Assembly (NCBI GenBank): GCA_043805735.1
Contig: JAZDHS010000022.1
Coordinates: 38,950 to 102,949, forward strand
Source of the DNA: Candidatus Omnitrophota bacterium
GTDB lineage: Bacteria; Omnitrophota; Gorgyraeia; JAFGHF01
DNA: 64,000 nt
Direction: 5' to 3'
The notes under the pieces: generated by a model
Seen by the model: the letters and a program-made list of their open reading frames with translations, nothing else
The model's database searches: none
Told to the model about the DNA's origin: nothing
Part shown: positions 8,181 through 18,237 of the stretch, in pieces
Position numbering within the stretch: position 1 is the stretch's first letter
How the letters are laid out: each line of letters starts with the position of its first letter
Translations under genes and position numbers: made by a program

Positions 8181-10330
8181 ACTAGCATCCGTAGCGCTTG
8201 TTCGATTCGCTGCCGGTCGGGAATTTTAGGCTTTTCCGGCTGGGATTTCCATAGTCCTTGCAGCTCCTCACCCAGGGATTGGACCTCGACCAGCTTAATC
8301 AGACCGACCTCTGCCAATCGCTGCAAAAACCGTTCCTGCTTAGTCAGCGCTTTTACTTTCTTTTGGGGCATAAATACGAGCACATATTTTTCCGCGCTCA
8401 CCGCCTCCGAGACCATCGAAATGCTCTCTCCTGAGACCACTACGATATCGCTTAAGCCGACCATCGCCGCCACTGTATCAGGAATATTCTTCTTATTGGC
8501 GATGACCAGAAGAGCGCAGGCAAAATAATTGGCATAATCCTGTTCGCAAAGACGGTCAATTTCGGGGTCAGTCCGCCGTGAAGTAGTCACAAATAATTGG
8601 CCTTTGAGCGAGCTGACTGTCGCTTTAAGTTGGGTGTTAATTGTTTCGATTTGCTCAGGTGAAAGGGAAAAATCCGGGGTGTCCCCGCCGATTAAAAGCG
8701 CAATATTCGGCCCGCCATAATGGCCGCTGACGTCACTTAAGTGAAACCGTTTTTGAAAATCCGCAGCGCGCGCTTGGGCATACTGCGCGTCAATGATCGT
8801 GGGAGTCAAAAGCGTGGATACAACATGGGAGTTTTCCTTTACCCGATCATGCTCGGGTACGATCGCTAAATCAAAGCGGCTTAAGCCCAAAAGCGGCGGT
8901 TTCATCAGCACAACACTGCGCGCCTGATGTTTATAACTCAAGAAAAGATTGAGCGGGGCCAGCGCAGAACCGGCGGAAATAATCATCCGCACGGGGGTGC
9001 GCGCTAATTTACGCCAATGCTCAGGACTAAGCGCAGCTTGCACACAACCAAGGCAGCGCCGACAGGCCGGTCGGGAAAACAAAGCGCAAAACAACAACAG
9101 CCCCCGCCAGAGCCTGTTTTTAAATTTGACCTCCACCACTTCCGTAAATATTTCCTGCACCGCTGGAATATCTTCGGTTTTTATCTTTTGGACCATCCGG
9201 GCAATCGCCCAAGACTGATTGAGATGCCCGGCCTTACCATCGCTGAGCAACAGAATCGTATAATCCTGTTTTCGCGCTAAAGAACGTTCGATTAGCCCAG
9301 TGAGAACGGCTTCGTCTTCTTGAGGCAGCGTAACTGAAATCGATAGCGCCCATATTTCTATCGCCACGCGCATCTGGCGCAACAGCGGAATAAGCTTGGT
9401 GGCATCTTTTTCCGTGGTCACCACCAGCTCAACGTGAGCGTCCAAACACTGTTTTTCAATTACCTGCAAGTCTTGCCGGGAATAGACATGGTGGTCGGGA
9501 AAATAAATGGCTGGGCCAATCTGCGCGCCTTGCGCGCTTACGGAGCGAGCCAGGCTCTGGGGATTGGCGATGCCGCAAACGAGGGCCACTTTTTTATTTT
9601 GAATTGTTGGCAGCGGATGTTTGCACCCGCTGGAAAGATTGCGTAATTCGTAAGGTGTATGCGCAGCCAACAGCACCGGCGCCAAGGCATTACGTCTTTC
9701 TAATTCGCCCTTAATTGCCGCCAATTCCGTTGCTTGAACCTCATTGGCATGAGTAATGATTAAGACATCGGCGCGAGCCAAGCCGCTTGGCGCCTCCCGT
9801 AAAGGACCGGCGGGAATCAGGCGCTTGTTGCCCAACGGCGAAAGGGCATTGACCAAAACAATGTCTAAATTGCGCGCCATCTTCCAATGTTGAAAGCCAT
9901 CGTCTAAAATGAGGACATCAGCTTTGCGCTTGAGCTGAGCTTCCCGGGCATTGTTAATTCTGTTTTTCCCCGCCAGCACCGCGCCTTTGCCTAACTTCTC
10001 CTCCAAAAGTGCGGTTTCATCCTGGCCGTATCCGCGCAGTAAAACGCAAGGTGAATAGCCTTTATTTTTTAAATGCTCAGCTAAAAAAATACTAAACGGG
10101 GTCTTACCGCTTCCGCCCCAAGTGATATTGCCTACACTGATTACCGGACACTCAGGCTCGTAAGGGCGAAAGATTATCGTCTGTAGATAAAAGGCTAATC
10201 TGGTTATTATTCGGTAGAGAAGAGAAAATGGGCTAAGGAGAAAGATAAGAAATAGCTTAAACGGGGACTGGGTTTTTCCCAGTACAATATCAAGATAAAA
10301 CAAAATTGCCTTTTCGATTATGCGCATCAT
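8177..10330 (-). CDS. lpxK: Tetraacyldisaccharide 4'-kinase fused to an ELM1/GtrOC1-like putative glycosyltransferase
   Basis: VGNITWGGSGKTP, LDDGFQH, PAGPLRE, FPDHH and TTEKD (LpxK), then LSDGKAGHLNQS, PEHD, LLIGG, TTSRRT and VSGESISMVSEA (ELM1-like). Confidence 0.87.
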   Translation of the reverse strand: MMRIIEKAILFYLDIVLGKTQSPFKLFLIFLLSPFSLLYRIITRLAFYLQTIIFRPYEPECPVISVGNITWGGSGKTPFSIFLAEHLKNKGYSPCVLLRGYGQDETALLEEKLGKGAVLAGKNRINNAREAQLKRKADVLILDDGFQHWKMARNLDIVLVNALSPLGNKRLIPAGPLREAPSGLARADVLIITHANEVQATELAAIKGELERRNALAPVLLAAHTPYELRNLSSGCKHPLPTIQNKKVALVCGIANPQSLARSVSAQGAQIGPAIYFPDHHVYSRQDLQVIEKQCLDAHVELVVTTEKDATKLIPLLRQMRVAIEIWALSISVTLPQEDEAVLTGLIERSLARKQDYTILLLSDGKAGHLNQSWAIARMVQKIKTEDIPAVQEIFTEVVEVKFKNRLWRGLLLFCALFSRPACRRCLGCVQAALSPEHWRKLARTPVRMIISAGSALAPLNLFLSYKHQARSVVLMKPPLLGLSRFDLAIVPEHDRVKENSHVVSTLLTPTIIDAQYAQARAADFQKRFHLSDVSGHYGGPNIALLIGGDTPDFSLSPEQIETINTQLKATVSSLKGQLFVTTSRRTDPEIDRLCEQDYANYFACALLVIANKKNIPDTVAAMVGLSDIVVVSGESISMVSEAVSAEKYVLVFMPQKKVKALTKQERFLQRLAEVGLIKLVEVQSLGEELQGLWKSQPEKPKIPDRQRIEQALRMLV

Positions 10331-10343
10331 TGCCTTTAGCCTA

Positions 10344-11606
10344 TCACGGCGCGAAAGATTTGATCAACTCCATAGTCCGAACCGTGGCTCCAGAGTTCTC
10401 TTCGACTAACCCCCTGGCTTTCCTGCCTAATGCCTCGGCTAGCTGCGGTTCATTAAGCAGGCGCTGGCACATTGCCGATAATTGGCGCCCATCCTTAATC
10501 ATCACCGCCGCTTTTTTGCTTAAAAACAGCTCGGCAATATTTGCGAAATTAAACATATAGGGTCCAAAGAGAATCGGACGGGAAAATAATGCCGGCTCAA
10601 TCGGATTCTGCCCCCCATGCGTCACCAAACTCCCGCCAATAAAGACGATATCGGCTAAGGCGTAGAGGCCTTTGAGCTGGCCAATGGTATCCACAATCAA
10701 GATTTGTTTTCCTGCAGCGGGCTCGTTATCTTTAAGACGGGAAAAACGCAGTGCGCTAAAACCGCTTTTCTCGACCAGCCGCTGGATTTCCGCCGTACGT
10801 TCAATATGCCGCGGGGCAATCGCTAAACGCATTCCGGGTTGGCTTTTTAATAAATTCTTATAGGTGTCCAAAAGAATCAGTTCTTCTCCCCGATGCGTGC
10901 TTCCGCCAAGCAATAATTTTTCTTGCTCACTTAATCCTAATTCCGCTCTCTTAAACTCAAGCGCAAGCAGCTGCAGGTCAAATTTCATATTGCCAGTTAC
11001 TTTTACTTTTGTCGCCGGCGCCCCCAAGTGAATAATCCGCTGGGCATCCTCTGCAGACTGCATGCAAAAAAGCGAGATGCGTTCCAGCACTCGCTTTAAA
11101 AAAGGGCGCACCAATAAATATCCCTGCAGTGAGCCCGGGGATATCCGGCCGTTGACGACCACGATGGGAATATTTTTGCGGCTAACATTGCTGATAAATC
11201 GCGGCCAGAGTTCGGTTTCAGCCAGCAATACCAGGCCCGGCCGAATCTGGGCAATGGCCCTGTTGATCGCCCAGGTTAAGTCCAGGGGAAAATAAATCAC
11301 GGCATCGTCGACCTGGGCGATCTTCTGGGCAATATTGTTGCCGGTTTTAGTTACGGTGGAAATCACCAGGCGTACTCCCGGAAAGTTACGTTTTAACACC
11401 TGCGCCAGCGAAACTACGGCCTGGGCCTCCCCTACGCTTACCGTATGCAGCCAAATTATCTTTTGCCCGTTTAGTTTTTTAAGTAAGGCTTTAGGAAAGA
11501 TTCCTAATCGCATTAAAAATCCACGGTGGCACTTTCCACGTAGGAGAAAAATCGGAAAGTAACACAGCACGAATAATAAATATAAGATTTCATACAGTAC
11601 AAACAT
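10344..11606 (-). CDS. waaA: Kdo transferase
   Basis: WLHTVSVGE, YFPLD, ETELWP, TGNMKFD, APRHIER and GGQNPIEP motifs. Confidence 0.95.
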   Translation of the reverse strand: MFVLYEILYLLFVLCYFPIFLLRGKCHRGFLMRLGIFPKALLKKLNGQKIIWLHTVSVGEAQAVVSLAQVLKRNFPGVRLVISTVTKTGNNIAQKIAQVDDAVIYFPLDLTWAINRAIAQIRPGLVLLAETELWPRFISNVSRKNIPIVVVNGRISPGSLQGYLLVRPFLKRVLERISLFCMQSAEDAQRIIHLGAPATKVKVTGNMKFDLQLLALEFKRAELGLSEQEKLLLGGSTHRGEELILLDTYKNLLKSQPGMRLAIAPRHIERTAEIQRLVEKSGFSALRFSRLKDNEPAAGKQILIVDTIGQLKGLYALADIVFIGGSLVTHGGQNPIEPALFSRPILFGPYMFNFANIAELFLSKKAAVMIKDGRQLSAMCQRLLNEPQLAEALGRKARGLVEENSGATVRTMELIKSFAP

Positions 11607-11649
11607 TATTGGACACCATTCTTTGTTAACTAGCTAACCAGTAAACTAA

Positions 11650-12519
11650 TTAGGCCCGGGGGTGGGCCTTAGCGTAAACTGTTTTTAGCCGCTCTGTAGT
11701 AATATGGGTATAAATCTGTGTGGTCGAAAGACTGACATGCCCAAGAAGTTCCTGAACGCTTCTTAAGTCAGCACCCTTATCCAGTAAGTGTGTGGCAAAG
11801 GAATGGCGCAGGGTATGCGCCGAAACACCTTCTCTGAGCGAAGTGAGCCGGATATATTTATCAATCAGGCTTTGTACCCCGCGGTCAGTAAGCCTGCGGT
11901 TATACTTGTTCAAAAATACCGCCCGGCTGTCTTTTTTGGGCACGGTTTGCTGATCCAGATAATCCCGAATCGCCCGTAAGGCCTTATCCCCAATAGGAAG
12001 CAGCCGCTCTTTTTTACCCTTTCCCAACACCTTGACCATACCGGCAATAAAGTCAATGCTTGCAATGGTTAGGCCAACCAGCTCGCTAATGCGCATGCCT
12101 GTACTGTAGAGCGCCTCTAAGATGGCCCGGTCGCGCAGGCCCAGCGCCGTGGAGACATCCGGGGATTCGATCAGCCTAGTCACCTCAGCAATATCTAAAA
12201 ATAGCGGTAATTTTTTTTCCATTTTTGGCGACGAGATCGCCGCCAAAGGATTGACCTTTAAGTAGCCTTCGCGCACGAGAAAGCGGAAAAAGGAACGCAG
12301 CGTCGAAAGCTTGCGGTTAATGCTACGCCTTTGGAGATTGCGCGCTTTTAAATGGGTGAGGTATTTACGCACATCTAAACGGTCAACGGATAAGGCATCT
12401 TTTTTTTGCAAAAATTCATTGATCTGTTTTAAGTCAATGCGGTAATTTAAAAGGGTATGCGTGGATACATTCTTTTCTATTTCCAGATAGGTCAGAAATT
12501 TCTCAATATAGCGGTCCAT
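11650..12519 (-). CDS. xerC: Tyrosine recombinase XerC
   Basis: RDRAILEALYSTGMRISEL, HTLRHSFATHLL and LLGHVSLSTTQIYT motifs; canonical dprA-topA-xerC synteny. Confidence 0.9.
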   Translation of the reverse strand: MDRYIEKFLTYLEIEKNVSTHTLLNYRIDLKQINEFLQKKDALSVDRLDVRKYLTHLKARNLQRRSINRKLSTLRSFFRFLVREGYLKVNPLAAISSPKMEKKLPLFLDIAEVTRLIESPDVSTALGLRDRAILEALYSTGMRISELVGLTIASIDFIAGMVKVLGKGKKERLLPIGDKALRAIRDYLDQQTVPKKDSRAVFLNKYNRRLTDRGVQSLIDKYIRLTSLREGVSAHTLRHSFATHLLDKGADLRSVQELLGHVSLSTTQIYTHITTERLKTVYAKAHPRA

Positions 12520-12524
12520 AACCT

Positions 12525-14504
12525 TTAGCTTTTATCGGCTGCTTCGGTTTTAGCGGCTTGAGGCAAGGTATTGGTTAGATAGTGGCAACGCGGATAGTTG
12601 GAACAACCGTAAAAAACTCCACCCTGGCGTGTGCGTCGTTCGACCAGCCATCCGCCACAGCCCTCCAGCGGGCACTTTACCTCAGTAGTAATACTACGCG
12701 CGCTTTTACATTTGGGAAATCCCGAACAGCTCAGGAACTTTCCGTGCCGGCCCCACTTAATCACCATCGGTAAACCGCATAATTCGCAGGTCTCATTGGT
12801 CGGGATGGATTCCTTCTTGATTTTGGTCTGGGCAACCGAAAGCTCGGCAATGAAGGGTTCGTAAAAAAACTTGACCACTTCCACCCAAGGCAGTTTTCCC
12901 TCCTCAACTTCATCAAGCTGGCTTTCCAGTTGAGCCGTAAATTCGGCATCAAGAATCTTGGGGAAGTTCTTGGTTAAGAGGTCATTGACCGTAAAACCAA
13001 GTTCGGTGGGGAAAAAGTAGCCTTTATCCCGGCGCACATAATCCCGGGCAATAATCGTCTGAATGATCGGGGCGTAGGTACTGGGACGCCCGATACCTTT
13101 TTCCTCCAGGGTCTTGACCAGCGTAGCGTCGGAATAGCGCGCGGGGGGTTGCGTGAAATGCTGTTCGCCTTTTAAATCTAAAGCGTCGAGCTCTTCGCCT
13201 TTTTCCAGATGTGGCAGATCAATCTTTTTCTCATCTTTTGGTATACCCATTACCTTAAGGAAGCCGTCAAAGACTATCGTTGAACCAACGGACTTAAACA
13301 AAAAGTCTCCGGCCGCCACTTCTACGCTCGTCTGGGCATATATGGCCGGGCGCATTTGACTGGATAGAAACTTATTCCAAATCAGGCTATAAAGCCGGAA
13401 TTGGTCATTATTGAGATATTGTTTTATCTCTTGCGGTGAATGCAGCGGCAACGAAGGCCGAATAGCTTCATGCGCTCCTTGAGCCGATTTCTTAGACTTA
13501 TATTCGGGAGATTTTGGCGGTAAATACTCTTTGCCCAGGTTCTCGCTGATATAGTCACGCGCGGCTTTAAGGGCTTCCTCGGAAACTCGTACCGCGTCAG
13601 TACGCATATACGTAATCAAACCAAAACTTTCCGAGTTACCAATTTCCAACCCTTCATATAATCCCTGGGCAATACGCATCGTCTTACTGGCTGAAAAATG
13701 CAGCTGGTTAAAGGCCTCTTGCTGCAGCTTGCTGGTAGTATAGGGGGCCTGGGGATTGCGTTTCTTTTCTTTCTCCTGGATGTCACAGACAATAAATTTT
13801 TCTTGACGCACCTTTTCCAAGAGCGCGTCGGCCTGTTCTTTATTTTCAATCTTCGGTTTTTGCCCGGAGATTTTATCCAGTGCGGCGATAAAAGTCGCGG
13901 CAGTGGTTTTTTTCTTAAGCATCGCCTCGATACCCCAGTACTCTTGGGGGATAAACAAACCAATCTGGCGTTCTCTTTCCACGATAAAACGCACCGCCAC
14001 GGACTGCACTCTTCCTGCCGAAAGGCCGCGGGTGATTTTTTTCCAAAGCAGCGGGCTTAAGCTATACCCAACCAGGCGGTCAAGTACACGCCGGGCGGTC
14101 TGAGCCTCGACTTTATTCATATCGATCGCCCGGGGGTGAGCAAAAGCCTCTTTAACCGCCCGTTCGGTAATTTCGTGAAAAACCACGCGGTAAAGGGTGG
14201 GTTGGCCTTTAAGGCATTGCTGGATATGCCAGCAAATCGCCTCGCCTTCCCGATCAGGGTCAGCAGCAAGGTAAACGTTGTCAGCTGCCGCGGCATCTTT
14301 CTTAATTTGCGCGACAATTTTCTTTCTCGTGGCAATCACGACATATTCCGGCTTAAACCCGTCCTCGACGTTTACGCCCATCTTTTTTAAGGGTAAATCC
14401 CGGATATGGCCTCCGGAGGCCTCAACTAAAAAGTCGTCGCCGAGAAATTTATTAATCGTCTTGGCCTTGGCCGGTGATTCCACTATTACTAGCGATTTTG
14501 CCAT
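12525..14504 (-). CDS. topA: DNA topoisomerase I
   Basis: LVIVESPAKAK, DPDREGE, SAGRVQS and ITYMRTD motifs; C-terminal zinc ribbons. Confidence 0.97.
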   Translation of the reverse strand: MAKSLVIVESPAKAKTINKFLGDDFLVEASGGHIRDLPLKKMGVNVEDGFKPEYVVIATRKKIVAQIKKDAAAADNVYLAADPDREGEAICWHIQQCLKGQPTLYRVVFHEITERAVKEAFAHPRAIDMNKVEAQTARRVLDRLVGYSLSPLLWKKITRGLSAGRVQSVAVRFIVERERQIGLFIPQEYWGIEAMLKKKTTAATFIAALDKISGQKPKIENKEQADALLEKVRQEKFIVCDIQEKEKKRNPQAPYTTSKLQQEAFNQLHFSASKTMRIAQGLYEGLEIGNSESFGLITYMRTDAVRVSEEALKAARDYISENLGKEYLPPKSPEYKSKKSAQGAHEAIRPSLPLHSPQEIKQYLNNDQFRLYSLIWNKFLSSQMRPAIYAQTSVEVAAGDFLFKSVGSTIVFDGFLKVMGIPKDEKKIDLPHLEKGEELDALDLKGEQHFTQPPARYSDATLVKTLEEKGIGRPSTYAPIIQTIIARDYVRRDKGYFFPTELGFTVNDLLTKNFPKILDAEFTAQLESQLDEVEEGKLPWVEVVKFFYEPFIAELSVAQTKIKKESIPTNETCELCGLPMVIKWGRHGKFLSCSGFPKCKSARSITTEVKCPLEGCGGWLVERRTRQGGVFYGCSNYPRCHYLTNTLPQAAKTEAADKS

Positions 14505-14525
14505 TCGTTCATCCTTTAACTGGTT

Positions 14526-15428
14526 TTAGATACGCACGTATCTTTTCCCGGGCAGCTCCTGGACCAGTTTCTTCTGTTGTAATCTTAAGAGCGTGGTCAT
14601 CAGCACCCCGTATCCCAGGCCCGCTTTTTCAATTATACTATCCAGAGACCGGCCTTCTGAATTTAACAGGGCGCAGACCGCCTGTTCTTCTTGTGAAAGC
14701 ACCGCCAGCTGCTGGCCTGCTTCTTTTTCTAGCGCCACGGCCGCCGTGTAAACTTGCAGCGGTTGCAGCTCCTCAATGATATCTTCTACCGATTGGACTA
14801 GCTTGGCGCCCTCTTTAATTAACTCGTGCGTGCCGAAAGAGGTAAGCGAATCCACTTTACCCGGAAGCGCGCAAACCTCCCGGCCCTGCTCCAAGGCGCA
14901 GTGCGCCGTAATTAAGGCCCCGCTTTTCCTGGCCGCCTCAATGACCACCACGGCCAACGAAAGGCCGCTAATAATGCGGTTGCGCCGCGGAAAGTTTTGT
15001 TTATGTGGTGGGGTATCAAGCGTAAATTCCGAAACCACCGCGCCGGACTCGGCGATTTGATCAGCCAGCGCGGCATGCTCGGGAGGATAAATCATATTCA
15101 GGCCGCTGCCTAATACCGCGATCGTCCGGCCTTTTGCGGCTAAGGCCCCGCGGTGGGCCGCGCTATCCACGCCCCGAGCCAGTCCGCTGACTATTGTAAT
15201 ACCTCTGGCCGCCAGCTGATAACCCAGCTGCTCGGCATTTTTTAAACCATAGTAGGTGGCTCGGCGCGAACCAACTATGGCCACTGCCAACGCATCCTCA
15301 GCAACGAGATCGCCTTTTATGTAAAGCATCGGCGGGGGATCAAAAATATATCTTAAGTTAAGCGGATAATCCTGATCCTTAACGGCAATAGTTTTAACTT
15401 TGCGCTGCAGTCTGTTCGGCGTTCCCAT
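14526..15428 (-). CDS. dprA: DNA-processing protein DprA (short N-terminus; start uncertain)
   Basis: AIVGSR, VSGLARGVD, FPRRNRIISGLS and SGALITA motifs; C-terminal winged helix. Confidence 0.9.
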   Translation of the reverse strand: MGTPNRLQRKVKTIAVKDQDYPLNLRYIFDPPPMLYIKGDLVAEDALAVAIVGSRRATYYGLKNAEQLGYQLAARGITIVSGLARGVDSAAHRGALAAKGRTIAVLGSGLNMIYPPEHAALADQIAESGAVVSEFTLDTPPHKQNFPRRNRIISGLSLAVVVIEAARKSGALITAHCALEQGREVCALPGKVDSLTSFGTHELIKEGAKLVQSVEDIIEELQPLQVYTAAVALEKEAGQQLAVLSQEEQAVCALLNSEGRSLDSIIEKAGLGYGVLMTTLLRLQQKKLVQELPGKRYVRI

Positions 15429-15921
15429 CAAGTTTTTGCTTAATCTCCTGAGCAATCTGCTCTACGGTCGCGCTAGTGGCATCAACGGAAAAATCGGCCT
15501 GGGCATACGCTTGGGCCCTGGCCTGCAATAGATCATTCACCTTTTGTTTGGGGTCGCGGACATTTAAGAGCGGTCGGTGGCGATAGCGTTTGGTCCGCTC
15601 TAAAATTATCTCCGCGGAGGCATTTAAGCAAACGAGTTTGCCATTAACTTTAAGCTGCCGGACATTTTCGGCATCGAGCATTACCCCGCCACCGGCATCA
15701 ATGATAAAGCGGTCTAATTCCGCTACTTTCTTAACCACTTCTTTCTCTACGCTGCGAAAATACGGTTCTCCGTTTTGCCGAAAAATCTCAGCGATCGTCC
15801 GGCGCTCTTTATCTTCAATTACCTCATCCGTGGAAATATATTTCCAGGCCAATAATTTTGCCAAGGCCTTGGCTACGGATGTTTTGCCCGTTCCCATAAA
15901 CCCTACGATTACTATATTCAT
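15394..15921 (-). CDS. aroK: Shikimate kinase
   Basis: GFMGTGKT, GEPYFR and RPLL motifs. Confidence 0.95.
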   Translation of the reverse strand: MNIVIVGFMGTGKTSVAKALAKLLAWKYISTDEVIEDKERRTIAEIFRQNGEPYFRSVEKEVVKKVAELDRFIIDAGGGVMLDAENVRQLKVNGKLVCLNASAEIILERTKRYRHRPLLNVRDPKQKVNDLLQARAQAYAQADFSVDATSATVEQIAQEIKQKLDGNAEQTAAQS

Positions 15922-15922
15922 T

Positions 15923-17047
15923 TCACATCGCTTTCACTTGCTTTAAATACCCCTGGTAATTACGCCGGAACTCTCCCAGTGAATCGCCGCCAAATTTTTC
16001 CAACCCCGCCTGAGCCAGGCAGAAAGATACTACGGACTCGGCGACTACCGCCGCGGCGGCAACTGCGCAGACATCCGCGCGTTCAACGGCTGCGGCCTGA
16101 ACCTGTTTCGTCTTAATATTCACGCTGGCTAAAGGCTCACCTAACGTAGCAATGGGCTTCATTGCGCAACGGATAACCACAGGCTGGCCATTAGTCATAC
16201 CGCCCTCTAATCCTCCGGCATGGTTAGTCTTGCGCCAGAAGCCCAAGGCCTTAGAATAGAAAATCGGGTCATGAACCTGAGAACCTCTCTGAAAGGCACC
16301 AATGAAACCGGCACCAATTTCCACGCCTTTTACCGCCGGAATTGACATTAAACCGCCGGCTAGTGTAGAATCAAGACGCCGGTCCCAATGCATCAGACTG
16401 CCCAGGCCAAAAGGCACGCCTACGGCAATCACCTCCAAAATTCCACCCAAGGTATCACCGGTATCTTTCACCCGGTCAATTTCCGCCTTCATCGCGCTTT
16501 CCGCTTTTTTATCGGCACAACTAAACAGCGAATGCTCCGCCCGTTTGTGAATCGCCGCAATGCTTAATCCTTCGCAATGCGCGCAAACCTTGCCAATACT
16601 TAAAACATGGCTGACGATATCAACTCCGATTTCCTGGATCAGTGCCTTACAGAGCGCGCCAATGGCTACGCGCATTGCCGTTTCCCTCGCGCTCGCCCGT
16701 TCTAAAATATCGCGCATATCCGCGGTATTATATTTTAATGCCCCCGCTAAATCGGCATGCCCGGGGCGAGGAGAAACAATCTTCGCTAAGGTATTAATCG
16801 AAAAATCCTTATTCTCCACCATTAAGGCAATCGGAGAACCAAGCGTGCGGCCTTTGCGCACTCCCGAGAGTATCGCTACCTTGTCTTTCTCAATCTTCAT
16901 CCGTCCTCCGCGGCCGTACCCTTTCTGCCGGCGGGCTAATTCCCGGTCAATGCCGGCTTGCTCTATCCTTAGGCCAGAGGGCATTCCTTCCAATATTCCA
17001 ACTAGGCACTTTCCGTGCGATTCACCAGCGGTTAAGAACCGTAGCAT
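15923..17047 (-). CDS. aroC: Chorismate synthase
   Basis: MLRFLTAGESHG, PRPGHAD, ERASARETA and MKPIATL motifs. Confidence 0.96.
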   Translation of the reverse strand: MLRFLTAGESHGKCLVGILEGMPSGLRIEQAGIDRELARRQKGYGRGGRMKIEKDKVAILSGVRKGRTLGSPIALMVENKDFSINTLAKIVSPRPGHADLAGALKYNTADMRDILERASARETAMRVAIGALCKALIQEIGVDIVSHVLSIGKVCAHCEGLSIAAIHKRAEHSLFSCADKKAESAMKAEIDRVKDTGDTLGGILEVIAVGVPFGLGSLMHWDRRLDSTLAGGLMSIPAVKGVEIGAGFIGAFQRGSQVHDPIFYSKALGFWRKTNHAGGLEGGMTNGQPVVIRCAMKPIATLGEPLASVNIKTKQVQAAAVERADVCAVAAAAVVAESVVSFCLAQAGLEKFGGDSLGEFRRNYQGYLKQVKAM

Positions 17048-17075
17048 CTGCCTCACCTCTTTTTAGTTTGCAGTT

Positions 17076-17432
17076 TCAATGTGTCCGGCGATAAACGTAG
17101 CCGGTAATCCTTTTACGGTTTTTTTCCTCTATTTCATCAAATTCAATCCCAATATAAAAAAATTCTTTGCGTTTTTCGTGCTCGCTCTCTTCAGTCTCCC
17201 GACATTTTTGCACCCAGACCACTTTTCCTTTGGCGCTGAGCGCCTGCGAATCCCCGGGCAGATATAACTCTATTTCCACTGCCGCGCCCATATCCAATTT
17301 TTTGTCGATAATCAGGCGCACCCCGACACCGCTGACATCAAACGCGGAACATTTTCCCTCAATCTTGGTCCCGCGGTAATCAACTAACACCAATCCGTCC
17401 GAACGCACAAATCTTCTTTTCTCCTGCATCAT
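17076..17432 (-). CDS. PilZ-domain protein (c-di-GMP receptor-like)
   Basis: EKRRFVR (RxxxR) and DVSGVG (DxSxxG) motifs; GIEF terminal strand. Confidence 0.88.
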   Translation of the reverse strand: MMQEKRRFVRSDGLVLVDYRGTKIEGKCSAFDVSGVGVRLIIDKKLDMGAAVEIELYLPGDSQALSAKGKVVWVQKCRETEESEHEKRKEFFYIGIEFDEIEEKNRKRITGYVYRRTH

Positions 17433-17442
17433 TCACCTCTAG

Positions 17443-18228
17443 CTAAGTTAATAATAACCAACCTAAAATTAGTTCACCCCAAACCATCGTCAACAACGTG
17501 GCCAGGGAGAGAAACGGCCCATAAGGAATAAAACTTTCGCCTTTTTTAATCTTCAATATGATTCCAAAAATCGCGCCAAAAAAAGGCGCCAGAAAAAAGG
17601 TCAACAGCACTAATTTCCAGCCGATAAAGGCGCCGACCATGGCCAGGAGTTTAACATCCCCGCCGCCCATGGTCTCTTTCTTAAAAATCGCATCGCCGAT
17701 GAGGCCAGTGAGAAAAATACTGCCGCCGCCAACGATCATTCCTAAAGACGCCCGCCCTAAGGCCAAGAGGTGCTGCGGCGTCCCTTGAAGCGCAGGCACT
17801 AAGAGGCTCAGTAGCAGCCCGATCACAATTCCGGAAAGGGTTATTTCATCGGGAATTTCCCGAATCGCGATATCAATGAAACTGGCCACAATTAACGCGG
17901 AATAAAAAACACAATAAATCAGAAACTGTGGCGTTAGGCCGTGCAACTTAAACAATAATAAAAACAGCAGCGCCGTAATCAACTCGACCACGAAATAGCG
18001 CGGGGAAATCTTAATTCGGCAGTCGCGGCAACAACCACGCAGCAAAAGATAGCTTATCAGAGGGATGTTATCGTACCAGCGCAGGGCGTGTTTGCACCCT
18101 GGGCAATGCGATGCGGGATGAACGATTGATTCCTTGCGCGGCATCCGATAGATACATACATTTAAAAAGCTACCGATCGCCGAACCCAAACAGAAAACGA
18201 ATATTTTCAGGATTAATTCTAGGGCCAT
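17443..18228 (-). CDS. pilD: Prepilin peptidase A24
   Basis: GSFLNVCIYRMP, two CxxC pairs, MGGGDVKL and PYGPFL motifs. Confidence 0.94.
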   Translation of the reverse strand: MALELILKIFVFCLGSAIGSFLNVCIYRMPRKESIVHPASHCPGCKHALRWYDNIPLISYLLLRGCCRDCRIKISPRYFVVELITALLFLLLFKLHGLTPQFLIYCVFYSALIVASFIDIAIREIPDEITLSGIVIGLLLSLLVPALQGTPQHLLALGRASLGMIVGGGSIFLTGLIGDAIFKKETMGGGDVKLLAMVGAFIGWKLVLLTFFLAPFFGAIFGIILKIKKGESFIPYGPFLSLATLLTMVWGELILGWLLLT

Positions 18229-18237
18229 GTTTAATTT

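Noticed and set aside
11650-12519. Tyrosine recombinase as a prophage or island integrase
   Set aside because: XerC-like length and motifs in the conserved dprA-topA-xerC context; no att duplication or cargo genes.
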